A stretch of 41,317 bases of DNA from Anaeroplasmataceae bacterium (lineage in GTDB: Bacteria > Bacillota > Clostridia > Christensenellales > CAG-917): assembly GCA_963659595.1 (NCBI GenBank), contig CAVKUX010000001.1:1-41317 (forward strand), in the 5' to 3' direction. This document shows positions 25,675-33,478 of this stretch, one piece after another. The position numbers and the translations under genes are program-made. Within the stretch, counting starts at the first letter, position 1. Every line of letters begins with the position of its first letter. The notes below the pieces were generated by a model. That model saw nothing but the letters and a program-made list of their open reading frames with translations. It did no database searches and was not told the DNA's origin.

Positions 25675-25763
25675 GGAAGCGTATCGAAGCGGTCATAACG
25701 AGGCGGTCTTGAAAACCGTTTGGGTGAAAGCCCACGGGGGTTCGAATCCCTCCGCTTCCGCCA
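25675..25763 (+). tRNA. tRNA-Ser (anticodon UGA), class II with long variable arm, CCA encoded
   Basis: Hand-folded cloverleaf: acceptor GGAAGCG/CGCTTCC, D-stem TCG/CGA, anticodon stem GCGGT/ACCGT with loop CTTGAAA, variable arm GGG-tgaaag-CCC, T-arm GGGGG-TTCGAAT-CCCTC, discriminator G + CCA. Confidence 0.9.
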
Positions 25764-25770
25764 AAAATAT

Positions 25771-25846
25771 GCTGATGTGGCTCAGGTGGTAGAGCACATC
25801 CTTGGTAAGGATGAGGTCACCAGTTCAAGTCTGGTCATCAGCTCCA
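25771..25846 (+). tRNA. tRNA-Thr (anticodon GGU), CCA encoded; integration target of the downstream element
   Basis: Acceptor GCTGATG/CATCAGC, D-arm GCTC-AGGTGGTA-GAGC, anticodon stem CATCC/GGATG with loop TTGGTAA, T-arm ACCAG-TTCAAGT-CTGGT, then T + CCA. Confidence 0.92.
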
Positions 25847-25848
25847 AA
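25802..25848 (+). repeat. attL core (47 bp, part of the intact tRNA-Thr)
   Basis: ttggtaaggatgaggtcaccagttcaagtctggtcatcagctccaaa is identical to 35200-35246. The flanking bases differ on both sides. Confidence 0.85.
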
Positions 25849-25892
25849 AACGCCATTTTTCGTGGTTTGTTCCGAAAATGGCGTTTTTCTTT
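25848..25892 (+). terminator. Rho-independent terminator directly after tRNA-Thr (supplied by the integrated element's left arm)
   Basis: AACGCCATTTT(T)CG ... CGAAAATGGCGTT followed by TTTTCTTT. The same sequence recurs at 35404-35448. Confidence 0.7.
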
Positions 25893-25968
25893 ACCTTTTT
25901 TACCCAAATTGACACTCGCAATGACCGCTTTTTGCACGTTTTTTGCAGAATCGTGTGTCAAAAGGGTG

Positions 25969-27201
25969 TCAAAATTCGGGATAAAAATCGCCGTAGATAT
26001 TCTTAATATCTATCGCCGAAATCGTCGGGTCTAAACTCGTGTAAAAGTCATTCGTCGTCTTTGTCGTAGTATGCCCCATATACGCCGCGCGCTCTTTGTC
26101 CGGGCATCCCAAATAGTATAGGTTAGTTGCGAACGTATGTCGCAACGTGTAAACCGTGACGTACGACTTAATCCCACAATACTGCTCTACGAATTTTTGC
26201 AGCCGCTGACGGAAGCGTTTGAGGTCGAAACGATAGAACTCGCTCGGCGCGTTTTCAAACAACGTCATTGCGCGCTCGGATAACCTAATCCAACGGTCCG
26301 CGTGCTTTGTTTTCGTGCCGACAAGATGAACGAATCCTTTTTTGATTTCCGTGACGGTTTTCATCTCTGCCGGGCGTGCGCCGGTGAGCAAATAAAACAT
26401 CACGCGCTTTCCGAAGTTTGTATCGAGGTCGAGATTCTGAACGAGTCGCTGTTGGTCCTCGATACTCAATGCGTCAAGCCGTTCGTCTTGCGTTTTACCT
26501 TTCTCGATTAAGTCACCGAGATGCTTTTTTATAAAATCCAAAGCATACGCCTTTTTGAGAATTTGCACGAGCAACGAAAACACTTTGCCCCGAAGCGACG
26601 TCATCGGAAGGGCATTGATTAACCCTTGCACTTCCTCGATACGCAATTTGCATAGCAGCGTGTTGCTGTTCAGATACTTTTTCACCGTCGAAAGATACTG
26701 TTTGTAGGTGCTTTCGACAACGTATTGCTTTTTGAAGTTCTCGACGTAGAATATCCCGAACTCGTACAACGTCATACATTCGTGAACGCCCGACGCAAAG
26801 TATTGTTGAGGGTTCTTTTTGAGTTCTTTTTCTAATTCGGCTCTTTTGTGGCGGCACTCGCGCTCCGTGTTACCGTAAACATAATGCCGCTTTCCGCCAT
26901 AAATGACATATAATTGATACCGACCGTCTTTTCGCAAGACGGGTTTTACTTTTTGCATATCGGCTCCTTTATCCGACACGCTTTCGCTCTCTGTTTTTTT
27001 CGCCTCCTTATTTATTTCGGCGCGCTTGCTGCGCGGCACGAATTGAATGACGTTGCCCTTGCGCGTTCGTTGCTCGGACGGCAACGTCTGATGCGGAATA
27101 GTCGGCGCGTCGCTTATGTGCGCGCTTGCGCGAATCCCGGATACATAGCCGGATAATATCCCGCTTATTTGTTCCAAAACTGAAAATAAAGCCTCATCCA
27201 T
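25969..27201 (-). CDS. Tyrosine recombinase / phage-type integrase
   Basis: The C-terminal catalytic region has TGARPAEM ... HTLRHTFATNLYYLG ... YMGHTTTKTTNDFYT (the R, H-x-x-R, H, Y signature). The gene sits next to the tRNA att site. An alternative start is at 26958 (MQKVKPVLRKDGRY, RBS GGAG); the 27201 start has an AGGGGG RBS. Confidence 0.9.
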   Translation of the reverse strand: MDEALFSVLEQISGILSGYVSGIRASAHISDAPTIPHQTLPSEQRTRKGNVIQFVPRSKRAEINKEAKKTESESVSDKGADMQKVKPVLRKDGRYQLYVIYGGKRHYVYGNTERECRHKRAELEKELKKNPQQYFASGVHECMTLYEFGIFYVENFKKQYVVESTYKQYLSTVKKYLNSNTLLCKLRIEEVQGLINALPMTSLRGKVFSLLVQILKKAYALDFIKKHLGDLIEKGKTQDERLDALSIEDQQRLVQNLDLDTNFGKRVMFYLLTGARPAEMKTVTEIKKGFVHLVGTKTKHADRWIRLSERAMTLFENAPSEFYRFDLKRFRQRLQKFVEQYCGIKSYVTVYTLRHTFATNLYYLGCPDKERAAYMGHTTTKTTNDFYTSLDPTISAIDIKNIYGDFYPEF

Positions 27202-27268
27202 AATGATGCCCCCTAAAAGATAGTAAACGCATCAATTATATCAAAGGCTTTATTCTGAAAGGACCGAA

Positions 27269-27625
27269 TTATGCCAGACGATTTTTGCGACTCTCGTAAG
27301 ACGCGCGAAGTTCTCGCCCGGATATAATACCGCGAGCATAATTGACGAGGTTGCTTTGTTCTTCCGGCGTCATACGTTCGTACAGTTGCAATATTTCCGG
27401 TTGCTCGATTCGTGCATTGTCAAAAATATCCGACGAGGACCTTCCGAGTAGTTCATCGACCGTAACGCCGAAAAAGTCGGCTAATGTATTAAGTGCAGAT
27501 AAAGACGGTTCTCTCTCATCTGCCTCATAACTGCCGTATGCTCTCGTAGACATTCCGCACGCTTGCGCGACATCTTTTTGCAATAAGCCTTTCGATTTTC
27601 TTAATTCAAACAACGTAGTTTTCAT
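27269..27625 (-). CDS. XRE-family helix-turn-helix transcriptional regulator (cI-like repressor candidate)
   Basis: MKTTLFELRKSKGLLQKDVAQACGMSTRAYGSYEADEREPSLSALNTLADFFGVTVDELLG is a canonical HTH_XRE. The start is taken at the ATG at 27625; the ORF track extends to a TTG at 27661. No SD precedes either start. Confidence 0.85.
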   Translation of the reverse strand: MKTTLFELRKSKGLLQKDVAQACGMSTRAYGSYEADEREPSLSALNTLADFFGVTVDELLGRSSSDIFDNARIEQPEILQLYERMTPEEQSNLVNYARGIISGRELRASYESRKNRLA

Positions 27626-27679
27626 AGTTATATAGTGCACGTTTTGTGCGATTTCAATCAATAAAAATACAAAAAGCCA

Positions 27680-27708
27680 TTGACAAACACCGAAACGTGC
27701 GCTATTTT
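27680..27708 (+). promoter_or_regulatory. Rightward promoter of the element (early-right type) embedded in palindromic operator-like sites
   Basis: TTGACA (27680-27685), a 17-nt spacer, then TATTTT (27703-27708). It is flanked by GCAC-N5-GTGC palindromes at 27637-27652 and 27721-27736. Confidence 0.45.
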
Positions 27709-27834
27709 ATAAATACAAACGCACATTTTGTGCGATGAGAGCCAAAATGACAACACTCGCGTTGTCAGTAAGGCAAATATCAATCACATAGCGCAAGCGT
27801 GCGCATATAGGCGCACACGCACGCACAAAGGGGA

Positions 27835-28041
27835 ATGGCACTTATGATTTTAGATTTGAAAGACATTGCAGTTTTGCTTACATCACTCAAAGCATATCAC
27901 GACGAACTCGTCAAAAACGCCGGGGATAATTTTGAACTCGGCGAAATTGTCGATTATGAAGATATCGATGCGAAAGTCAAAAGCATCGAGCAAACGATTG
28001 ACATCATTATGGATGACTTCAAATACCGGATGAACAACTGA
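27835..28041 (+). CDS. Small acidic hypothetical protein (68 aa)
   Basis: First ORF downstream of the rightward promoter, with AAAGGGG just upstream. The alternative ATG at 27844 has better spacing. No recognisable motif. Confidence 0.55.
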   Translation: MALMILDLKDIAVLLTSLKAYHDELVKNAGDNFELGEIVDYEDIDAKVKSIEQTIDIIMDDFKYRMNN

Positions 28042-28204
28042 CGGTCGATCATCTCTTGGGTGCCGTTCGCGTATCGTCCTCCGGATATTCGGACGGCACC
28101 CATTCTCCCTTGTCCACTCGCTCATCGACGTGGAGCCACCGGGCGCAAATACATCTTTCCAAATACGCCCGGTGTGCTATCCCCCTTATAGTGAGGTTGC
28201 ATAT

Positions 28205-28381
28205 ATGAAAATCACAACAATTTTTGGCAAAGTCCTATCCGGCATCGTAAGCGCGATTATTTCGCTTGCAATCCTATTCTTTGGCGGCATAGGCATTGTC
28301 GCGCTCGTAACAAAACAGGATTATGTAACCGTTATGAACACGGCTTTTGAATGGATCAAGAATCTCGCAGCATCAAAGTGA
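28205..28381 (+). CDS. 58-aa hydrophobic membrane protein (candidate coat-like protein)
   Basis: The start MKITTIFGKV is preceded by GAGG 8 nt upstream. It has a long hydrophobic core, VLSGIVSAIISLAILFFGGIGIVALV. The ORF-track start at 28130 lacks an RBS. Confidence 0.6.
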   Translation: MKITTIFGKVLSGIVSAIISLAILFFGGIGIVALVTKQDYVTVMNTAFEWIKNLAASK

Positions 28382-28389
28382 GGCGCACT

Positions 28390-28998
28390 ATGGCAAAAAA
28401 ACCTGCAAAAAAGATAAACTACGGAAAAGTCATCGGATTTGTGTCGTATGCGATCATTTTGCTTGCGCTGATCGGTGTTCTGGTGTTTTTCGGATATTTC
28501 ACAAACTGGTTTTCGTCTGACTTCAAAACGTTTTATTTAAAAGTGAACGGCGAAACCGTGATGAACGACAAGGACAGTTTGACGATCGTGCCGACGCAGC
28601 CTCTGAGCATCGAAGCAAAATATACTTTGGGGCTTTTGGATAAGAATCAAACAGGATATTCATTCGAGATAAAAGCAAATCCGAATGTCGATTTGAGTTT
28701 TTCGGTTGACGGTGAAACGGTTTCTTTCCAAAGCGGCGATATCGATTGGAGCAAGTGCTTTGACATCTCAGAAGAAGAAAACGGTTTTACTCTCACGCTG
28801 AAAGGCTGGGATATGCTCGAACTGTTGCAATGCGTATATCCGGATAGCGAAATTGTGTTGGATGCCGATGTGGACTATACCCAAAACTTGTTTAATCTCA
28901 CAGTATATTCACACGATAAAAAGGCGGCTGTCACGCTGGGAATTTGTATATCAACGATTCAAAGCATCGAACTTGATCAAACGAGGATGGTCTTTTGA
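28390..28998 (+). CDS. N-terminally membrane-anchored protein (202 aa), unknown function
   Basis: The start MAKKPAKKINYGK is preceded by GTGAGG. A TM segment (VIGFVSYAIILLALIGVLVFFGYF) is followed by a beta-rich ectodomain. Confidence 0.7.
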   Translation: MAKKPAKKINYGKVIGFVSYAIILLALIGVLVFFGYFTNWFSSDFKTFYLKVNGETVMNDKDSLTIVPTQPLSIEAKYTLGLLDKNQTGYSFEIKANPNVDLSFSVDGETVSFQSGDIDWSKCFDISEEENGFTLTLKGWDMLELLQCVYPDSEIVLDADVDYTQNLFNLTVYSHDKKAAVTLGICISTIQSIELDQTRMVF

Positions 28999-30488
28999 TG
29001 AAAAACATACTACATAAAAACAGAGTTTTGCTATATGCAGTTGTATTTGCGCTCATCTTTTGCACGGTATTTTTTGCCGTGCAAGATTTGGGGCGCGTTG
29101 CGCTTGCTGCCGACGTTGAATACTCCGATGTTTTGGATGATCTGAAAGTCGATTCGTCATTCTCGGCGGATAACTATCCGAGTAAAATCGACGATTATTC
29201 TATTTCACTAATAACAATCGCGGAAGGCAAAAACAACGACGTATATGCTTACGTTTATCAGCCGTCCGGAAAAGTGAAAGACTACAAAGCGAGCAGCATC
29301 AACGTTTCGACATCGATAAACGACGCTATTTCTTATTACAACTACAAGTTGGAATTTTGCAATAGTTATGGCGTTTTCTACAAATACAAAATCACAGATC
29401 TTACGGTAACACAAGACAATATCCGCTATTACAATATTACGTCGATATATCGTCCGTTTGACGAGCAAGTCGACGAGCAGGCAAGCGGCGGCAACACGAT
29501 AACGGAAGTGCCGTTTGCGGTAAACAGACAATATGCTTTCGGAACTGTTGACGGCAAGCCGTACGTTGAATGTATTGAGATTGAAACGATTGTTGTCACT
29601 GACAAATTTGTCGGTTTTGTCCGTTACGAAAACGGCTTTACGCTTTTACCGACTGCTTGCGACTCTCATTTTGTCGCTTTTAATACGGATAAACCGATGG
29701 ACAAATTGCTCGAAGCCGATGTGTATTATACATCGCGACATTGTGTTTTCACACAATATTCGATTATAGATACCGACAATATCTCTTTTGATGAAGGAAA
29801 AGATGAATATGCATATTTGAAATACACAGATTCGGTTGAACATTCAAAAGGTTGGTTCGCTAAAACTTATAAATGGGATAGGATTCAGACCGTCGATGAT
29901 TTTATCGCCGGTGAGAATAGAAAAACCATATATGAAGGCGCAATCATCGACGTTGGAACAGACTCGGCTATATCAGATGATGCGCTCAGCGAACTCAAAG
30001 GCAAAAAGTGGGTTTTGCGCTTTGCCGAAACAAGTTATTTATATAATCATCCGGCACCATTCACCAATTCGTACCAATTTACGATAGTCGCCGACGTTAC
30101 AATCTTGCGTTTGAAGTTTGAAACGGACGGAGTGGTCTACAATCTCGGCGTTATAGACAACAAGCAAAGCGGCAGCAATGATCCTATCAACGACACCGAC
30201 ATCGAAGTCGATGTCAATCCTGAAATAAAAGAAAGTTTGAAAAAGAATTTTAAGTGGTTGCTTATTTTGCTTTGCATTGTCATTGCAATCATTGCGCTTG
30301 CGCCGTTATTGCCATATCTGATAAAGGGCATCGTTTGGTTATTTACATATCCTCTCAAACGAGTTGGTGAATCGTTCGAAAACTATCACAAAAAGCAACG
30401 CGCAAAAAAAAGCACGACGCGGCGCAAATCAAAATCCAAAGAAACAAAACACAAAAATAAATCTGCGAAAAACGCAGGAAGGAGTTAA
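28995..30488 (+). CDS. 497-aa secreted protein with a C-terminal membrane anchor and a strongly basic tail (pIII-like topology)
   Basis: ATGA overlap with the previous gene. N-terminal signal-like segment ending VALAADV. C-terminal TM WLLILLCIVIAIIALAPLLPYLI, then HKKQRAKKSTTRRKSKSKETKHKNKSAKNAGRS. Confidence 0.75.
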   Translation: MMKNILHKNRVLLYAVVFALIFCTVFFAVQDLGRVALAADVEYSDVLDDLKVDSSFSADNYPSKIDDYSISLITIAEGKNNDVYAYVYQPSGKVKDYKASSINVSTSINDAISYYNYKLEFCNSYGVFYKYKITDLTVTQDNIRYYNITSIYRPFDEQVDEQASGGNTITEVPFAVNRQYAFGTVDGKPYVECIEIETIVVTDKFVGFVRYENGFTLLPTACDSHFVAFNTDKPMDKLLEADVYYTSRHCVFTQYSIIDTDNISFDEGKDEYAYLKYTDSVEHSKGWFAKTYKWDRIQTVDDFIAGENRKTIYEGAIIDVGTDSAISDDALSELKGKKWVLRFAETSYLYNHPAPFTNSYQFTIVADVTILRLKFETDGVVYNLGVIDNKQSGSNDPINDTDIEVDVNPEIKESLKKNFKWLLILLCIVIAIIALAPLLPYLIKGIVWLFTYPLKRVGESFENYHKKQRAKKSTTRRKSKSKETKHKNKSAKNAGRS

Positions 30489-30490
30489 AA

Positions 30491-31390
30491 ATGGCAACAA
30501 GAAAAGATTATCAAAATCGCAATAAAGCACTCGGCGCAATTGTCGCCGTGTTGCTTGCGCTTATAATGTGCGCGGCTGCTGTTCTCGGCGTTGGCTTCGG
30601 CGTGTACGGCAAGAATACTGACGATTGGTTCAAGCCCAAACAAGAGAATCAAGGTCAAGAGCAAGAGGAAAATGCAGAACAAGATCCGATTCCGATTGAG
30701 GTGATCCAAACAAACAACATTTCGCTTCTGTCAAGCGGAGCAACAGCGGCATCGGACGGCACAACGACAAAGACCTTGACGGCAACGGTTTCGCCTTCGG
30801 ATGCAAGCACTTTGGATTATGCTTGGACTGTTGAGTTTGTCAATTCTTCTTCCACTTGGGCGAAAGGAAAAACCGTTACGGACTATGTGACGGTTACCAA
30901 AGACAGTTCGAACCAACTAAAAGCGACCGTTACATACAAAAAGGCTTTCAGTGAACAAATCAAAGTCACCGTGTATTGCGTTTTGAAACCCGATATGAAG
31001 GCTTCGGCAACCGTAGATTGCTACAAAGACGTTACCGATTTGACAATTACTTTCACGGGCGCAACAACTGTTGTGTGCAAAGGCATCGGTCAGGATCAGG
31101 ACACGACAGTGACAGGATATTTTGTCGCGTCGAAATATACCGTGTCGATTGATGCTACATATAGCGACGGCACTATTGTGAGGGACCGCATTTATGGTAG
31201 CGTAACAAATAATGTGTCTTTCGATGAAGAGCGTGCAGATGAAATCGATTTGACATCTGCCGGTCTGACTTCGAACACATACTGTGATATAGCGATTGAT
31301 TATGGTCAGGATAGGATTGCCGAATACAGTGTGAAATTTTATCAATATCCAACCTCTATTTCGTTGGACAACACAGCAATAAAATTCTAA
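30491..31390 (+). CDS. N-terminally anchored protein (299 aa) with an Ig-like (Big_2-type) ectodomain
   Basis: Starts 2 nt after the previous stop, with a GGAGT RBS. TM LGAIVAVLLALIMCAAAVLGVGFGVY. KTLTATVSPSDASTLDYAWTV resembles bacterial Ig-like group 2 repeats. Confidence 0.7.
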   Translation: MATRKDYQNRNKALGAIVAVLLALIMCAAAVLGVGFGVYGKNTDDWFKPKQENQGQEQEENAEQDPIPIEVIQTNNISLLSSGATAASDGTTTKTLTATVSPSDASTLDYAWTVEFVNSSSTWAKGKTVTDYVTVTKDSSNQLKATVTYKKAFSEQIKVTVYCVLKPDMKASATVDCYKDVTDLTITFTGATTVVCKGIGQDQDTTVTGYFVASKYTVSIDATYSDGTIVRDRIYGSVTNNVSFDEERADEIDLTSAGLTSNTYCDIAIDYGQDRIAEYSVKFYQYPTSISLDNTAIKF

Positions 31391-31487
31391 GAGATTCTAA
31401 AAACTAACGATCATAATTTTCCCTCATTGGTGCGCGCACGTCTAAGTGCGTGCGCGCGCCACTCATCTAACTCTAAGGAGCAAAACA

Positions 31488-31970
31488 ATGGACGCAACCA
31501 TAATGGTTATACTGCGCGAGATCCAACTCGAATGTCATCGTCAAATCGGCATCGAGCGCAGAGGCGGTCGCGCAATAAAGGAAGAAGAGATCGAGCCATA
31601 TCCCGAACGCTGTGATTTTGACGGAGCGGTTTTGCCCGGGCAAACTCTCGCTCAACTTGTTGAATCAACCGAATCGGAATCACCCGATCCGCAAATGACG
31701 GTTGATGAGGCGATCAGCAACGCCGAAAAAGCATCTGTATCAGAAGAAGCCGCCCTCGAGCACAGCCCTCGAAGCAAACTCGGAGCGTGGTTCGAGGCTG
31801 TCAGAAATTGGCACTACGACCGCAAAGAAAAGGAATACAAATACGAGTGCGCAAAGCAGCGCGCAGAGGATAGGACATACGGATTCGAGTATATCTCGGA
31901 TTTTATAGACGACTATATCAAACGCCTTGAAAAAGACGAATCGAGCAACACAAACGGACAGGTCTTCTGA
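31488..31970 (+). CDS. Acidic hypothetical protein (160 aa)
   Basis: The start MDATIMVILREIQ is preceded by AAGGAG 7 nt upstream. Its stop overlaps the next gene's start (TGATG). Confidence 0.65.
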   Translation: MDATIMVILREIQLECHRQIGIERRGGRAIKEEEIEPYPERCDFDGAVLPGQTLAQLVESTESESPDPQMTVDEAISNAEKASVSEEAALEHSPRSKLGAWFEAVRNWHYDRKEKEYKYECAKQRAEDRTYGFEYISDFIDDYIKRLEKDESSNTNGQVF

Positions 31971-32950
31971 TGAGTATCAACGGCATAATCATAGCAGGCG
32001 TGTGTGGAATCGTTGCCGCAATAGCGAGTTACGCAATACTGCGCAAGCACTTTCGAGAAGTGCCAATCGAGCGCACCAACACAGTGACGGACGAATTCAT
32101 AGACAAACCCATTCCGCCGGGCGTGTATATCATCGTCGGACCTCAGGGCGTTGGCAAAACGTCGTTTCTGAATGCACTCATCTCGATTGATTCAAAGTAT
32201 CACGGCGCGCAGCGGCTGCAAATGGCGAAAGCCGAAATCGACAAACTCAACGACATAGGCTACAAACTCACGTTGCCGCCGTGTCCGTATCGCACACGCT
32301 CGAAACTGTTTCTGCCCAACGGCAAGCCGACGTATCATACGGACATCTCGCAATTCGGGCTGCCCGGGCGTCGCTCTGAGGTTCAATACTTTCCGCCGTT
32401 CACGGTCATCGGATGCGATGAGATAGACTCGTTTATGGACTGCCGCGAGTGGAACAAGAACGGTTCTATGAAAGCGGACATTATAGACGGTTTTAAGTAC
32501 ATCAGACATCACGACCTCGTGTTTCTCGGCGACGTTCAGAATTTCAGCAAGGTTGACGCTGCTGTTAGGAAACTCACGACAGATGTCATCTACATACTCG
32601 GCAAAAAAGACATATACGGCAAAAAACATCGTTTCAGCCGCAAAAAGACCTTGCTACGCACCGAATGGGAGTTTATTTGGGTAAAACACCAACAAGCCGA
32701 GAATGCTGCTTCTTTAAGCGAAATGGGCATCGAGATCCACGAGAAAAACGCTCGGAAGTGCAGACTCATATATGAGGGCAATATCTATTCGCAATATAAC
32801 TCGCAAAGCGGAAAGCCGTACTGGTATCGAGGCATAAAACAATTCACAATCGAAAAGCATCCGGAAAACGCATTGAGTCCGGAAGGCGTAGACAAATACT
32901 GCCGTCAGAACGCACTCAACTATGACGACACGGCACAAGAAAAGCAATGA
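31970..32950 (+). CDS. Membrane-anchored P-loop NTPase, Zot / filamentous-phage pI-like morphogenesis ATPase candidate
   Basis: N-terminal TM (GIIIAGVCGIVAAIASYAIL). Walker A VYIIVGPQGVGKTS (32138-32164). Walker B TVIGCDEID about 90 aa later. Then REWN...IIDGF.YIRHHDLVFLGDVQNFSKVDAAVRKLTTDVIY, which parallels my recollection of Ff gpI (DECGTWFNTRSWN...IIDWFLHARKLGWDIIFLVQDLSIVDKQARSALAEHVVY). Confidence 0.6.
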   Translation: MSINGIIIAGVCGIVAAIASYAILRKHFREVPIERTNTVTDEFIDKPIPPGVYIIVGPQGVGKTSFLNALISIDSKYHGAQRLQMAKAEIDKLNDIGYKLTLPPCPYRTRSKLFLPNGKPTYHTDISQFGLPGRRSEVQYFPPFTVIGCDEIDSFMDCREWNKNGSMKADIIDGFKYIRHHDLVFLGDVQNFSKVDAAVRKLTTDVIYILGKKDIYGKKHRFSRKKTLLRTEWEFIWVKHQQAENAASLSEMGIEIHEKNARKCRLIYEGNIYSQYNSQSGKPYWYRGIKQFTIEKHPENALSPEGVDKYCRQNALNYDDTAQEKQ

Positions 32951-33033
32951 AACGACGTCCGGTCCGAGTCGGGATGAATCCCACGACACGAGCGGCAGCG
33001 TATCCGTTTTGTTGAACATAAACGGCAAGCAAT

Positions 33034-33072
33034 AAAGCCGAAAAAGATGCGAGAGCAATTTTTTCGGCTTTT
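33034..33072 (+). terminator. Rho-independent terminator after the ATPase gene
   Basis: AAAGCCGAAAAA-gatgcgagagca-(A)TTTTTTCGGCTTTT. Confidence 0.65.
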
Positions 33073-33193
33073 GAGATAGGCGGTTCGGGAAAGAGAAAAC
33101 AAAAATCCGAATCCGCCGTATGTGAGGGAATTTTAATTCCCTACACAGTAAGCGAGGGAAACTTGTTTCACTCGCAAAAAATGGGATTGAAAA

Positions 33194-33478
33194 ATGGCAG
33201 ATTTGAGTTATTTCCAAACGCTGACCGCGCCGTTCAGAGCGGCGGACGTCGGCAAATACGTGACTTTCGCATCGGACGGCGTTGCATTCAGTTACAACTC
33301 GCCCGGGATTGCGTTCCATTTTGCCCAAACGTCGAAAAATCGATACATGATCCGAGCGATCTATCTCGGCAAGTTCGAGGAATATGCATATCAAAGTCAG
33401 CGCGATGCAATCGGATTTGCCGTGAAACTGCTCAATCTCGATTGTGCCGGAGCGTTTAGAGCCTCTAAATCGCTCTGA
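33194..33478 (+). CDS. Hypothetical protein (94 aa)
   Basis: ORF with coding-like composition after two palindromes. The RBS is weak and no motif was recognised. Confidence 0.5.
   Translation: MADLSYFQTLTAPFRAADVGKYVTFASDGVAFSYNSPGIAFHFAQTSKNRYMIRAIYLGKFEEYAYQSQRDAIGFAVKLLNLDCAGAFRASKSL

Noticed and set aside
25400-25702. The tandem repeats upstream of tRNA-Ser as a CRISPR array
   Set aside because: The 113-114-nt units abut directly, with no unique spacers between them. The units are tRNA-derived, and no cas genes or leader are present.
25720-26034. 104-aa ORF across the tRNA genes, and its partial duplicate, the 96-aa ORF at 35299-35589
   Set aside because: They read through tRNA-Ser and tRNA-Thr, terminators and the att/arm repeat. 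They are artefacts of non-coding DNA.
27626-27661. Upstream extensions of ORF-track starts (XRE from TTG 27661; GH3 from 40376; 28130, 28351, 31446, 33544 and 35910 starts)
   Set aside because: In each case an internal ATG is preceded by a good GGAG/AAGGAG-type RBS at proper spacing, or begins the conserved domain, while the upstream start has none. The integrase is the one case left at the longer start, because both starts have RBSs.
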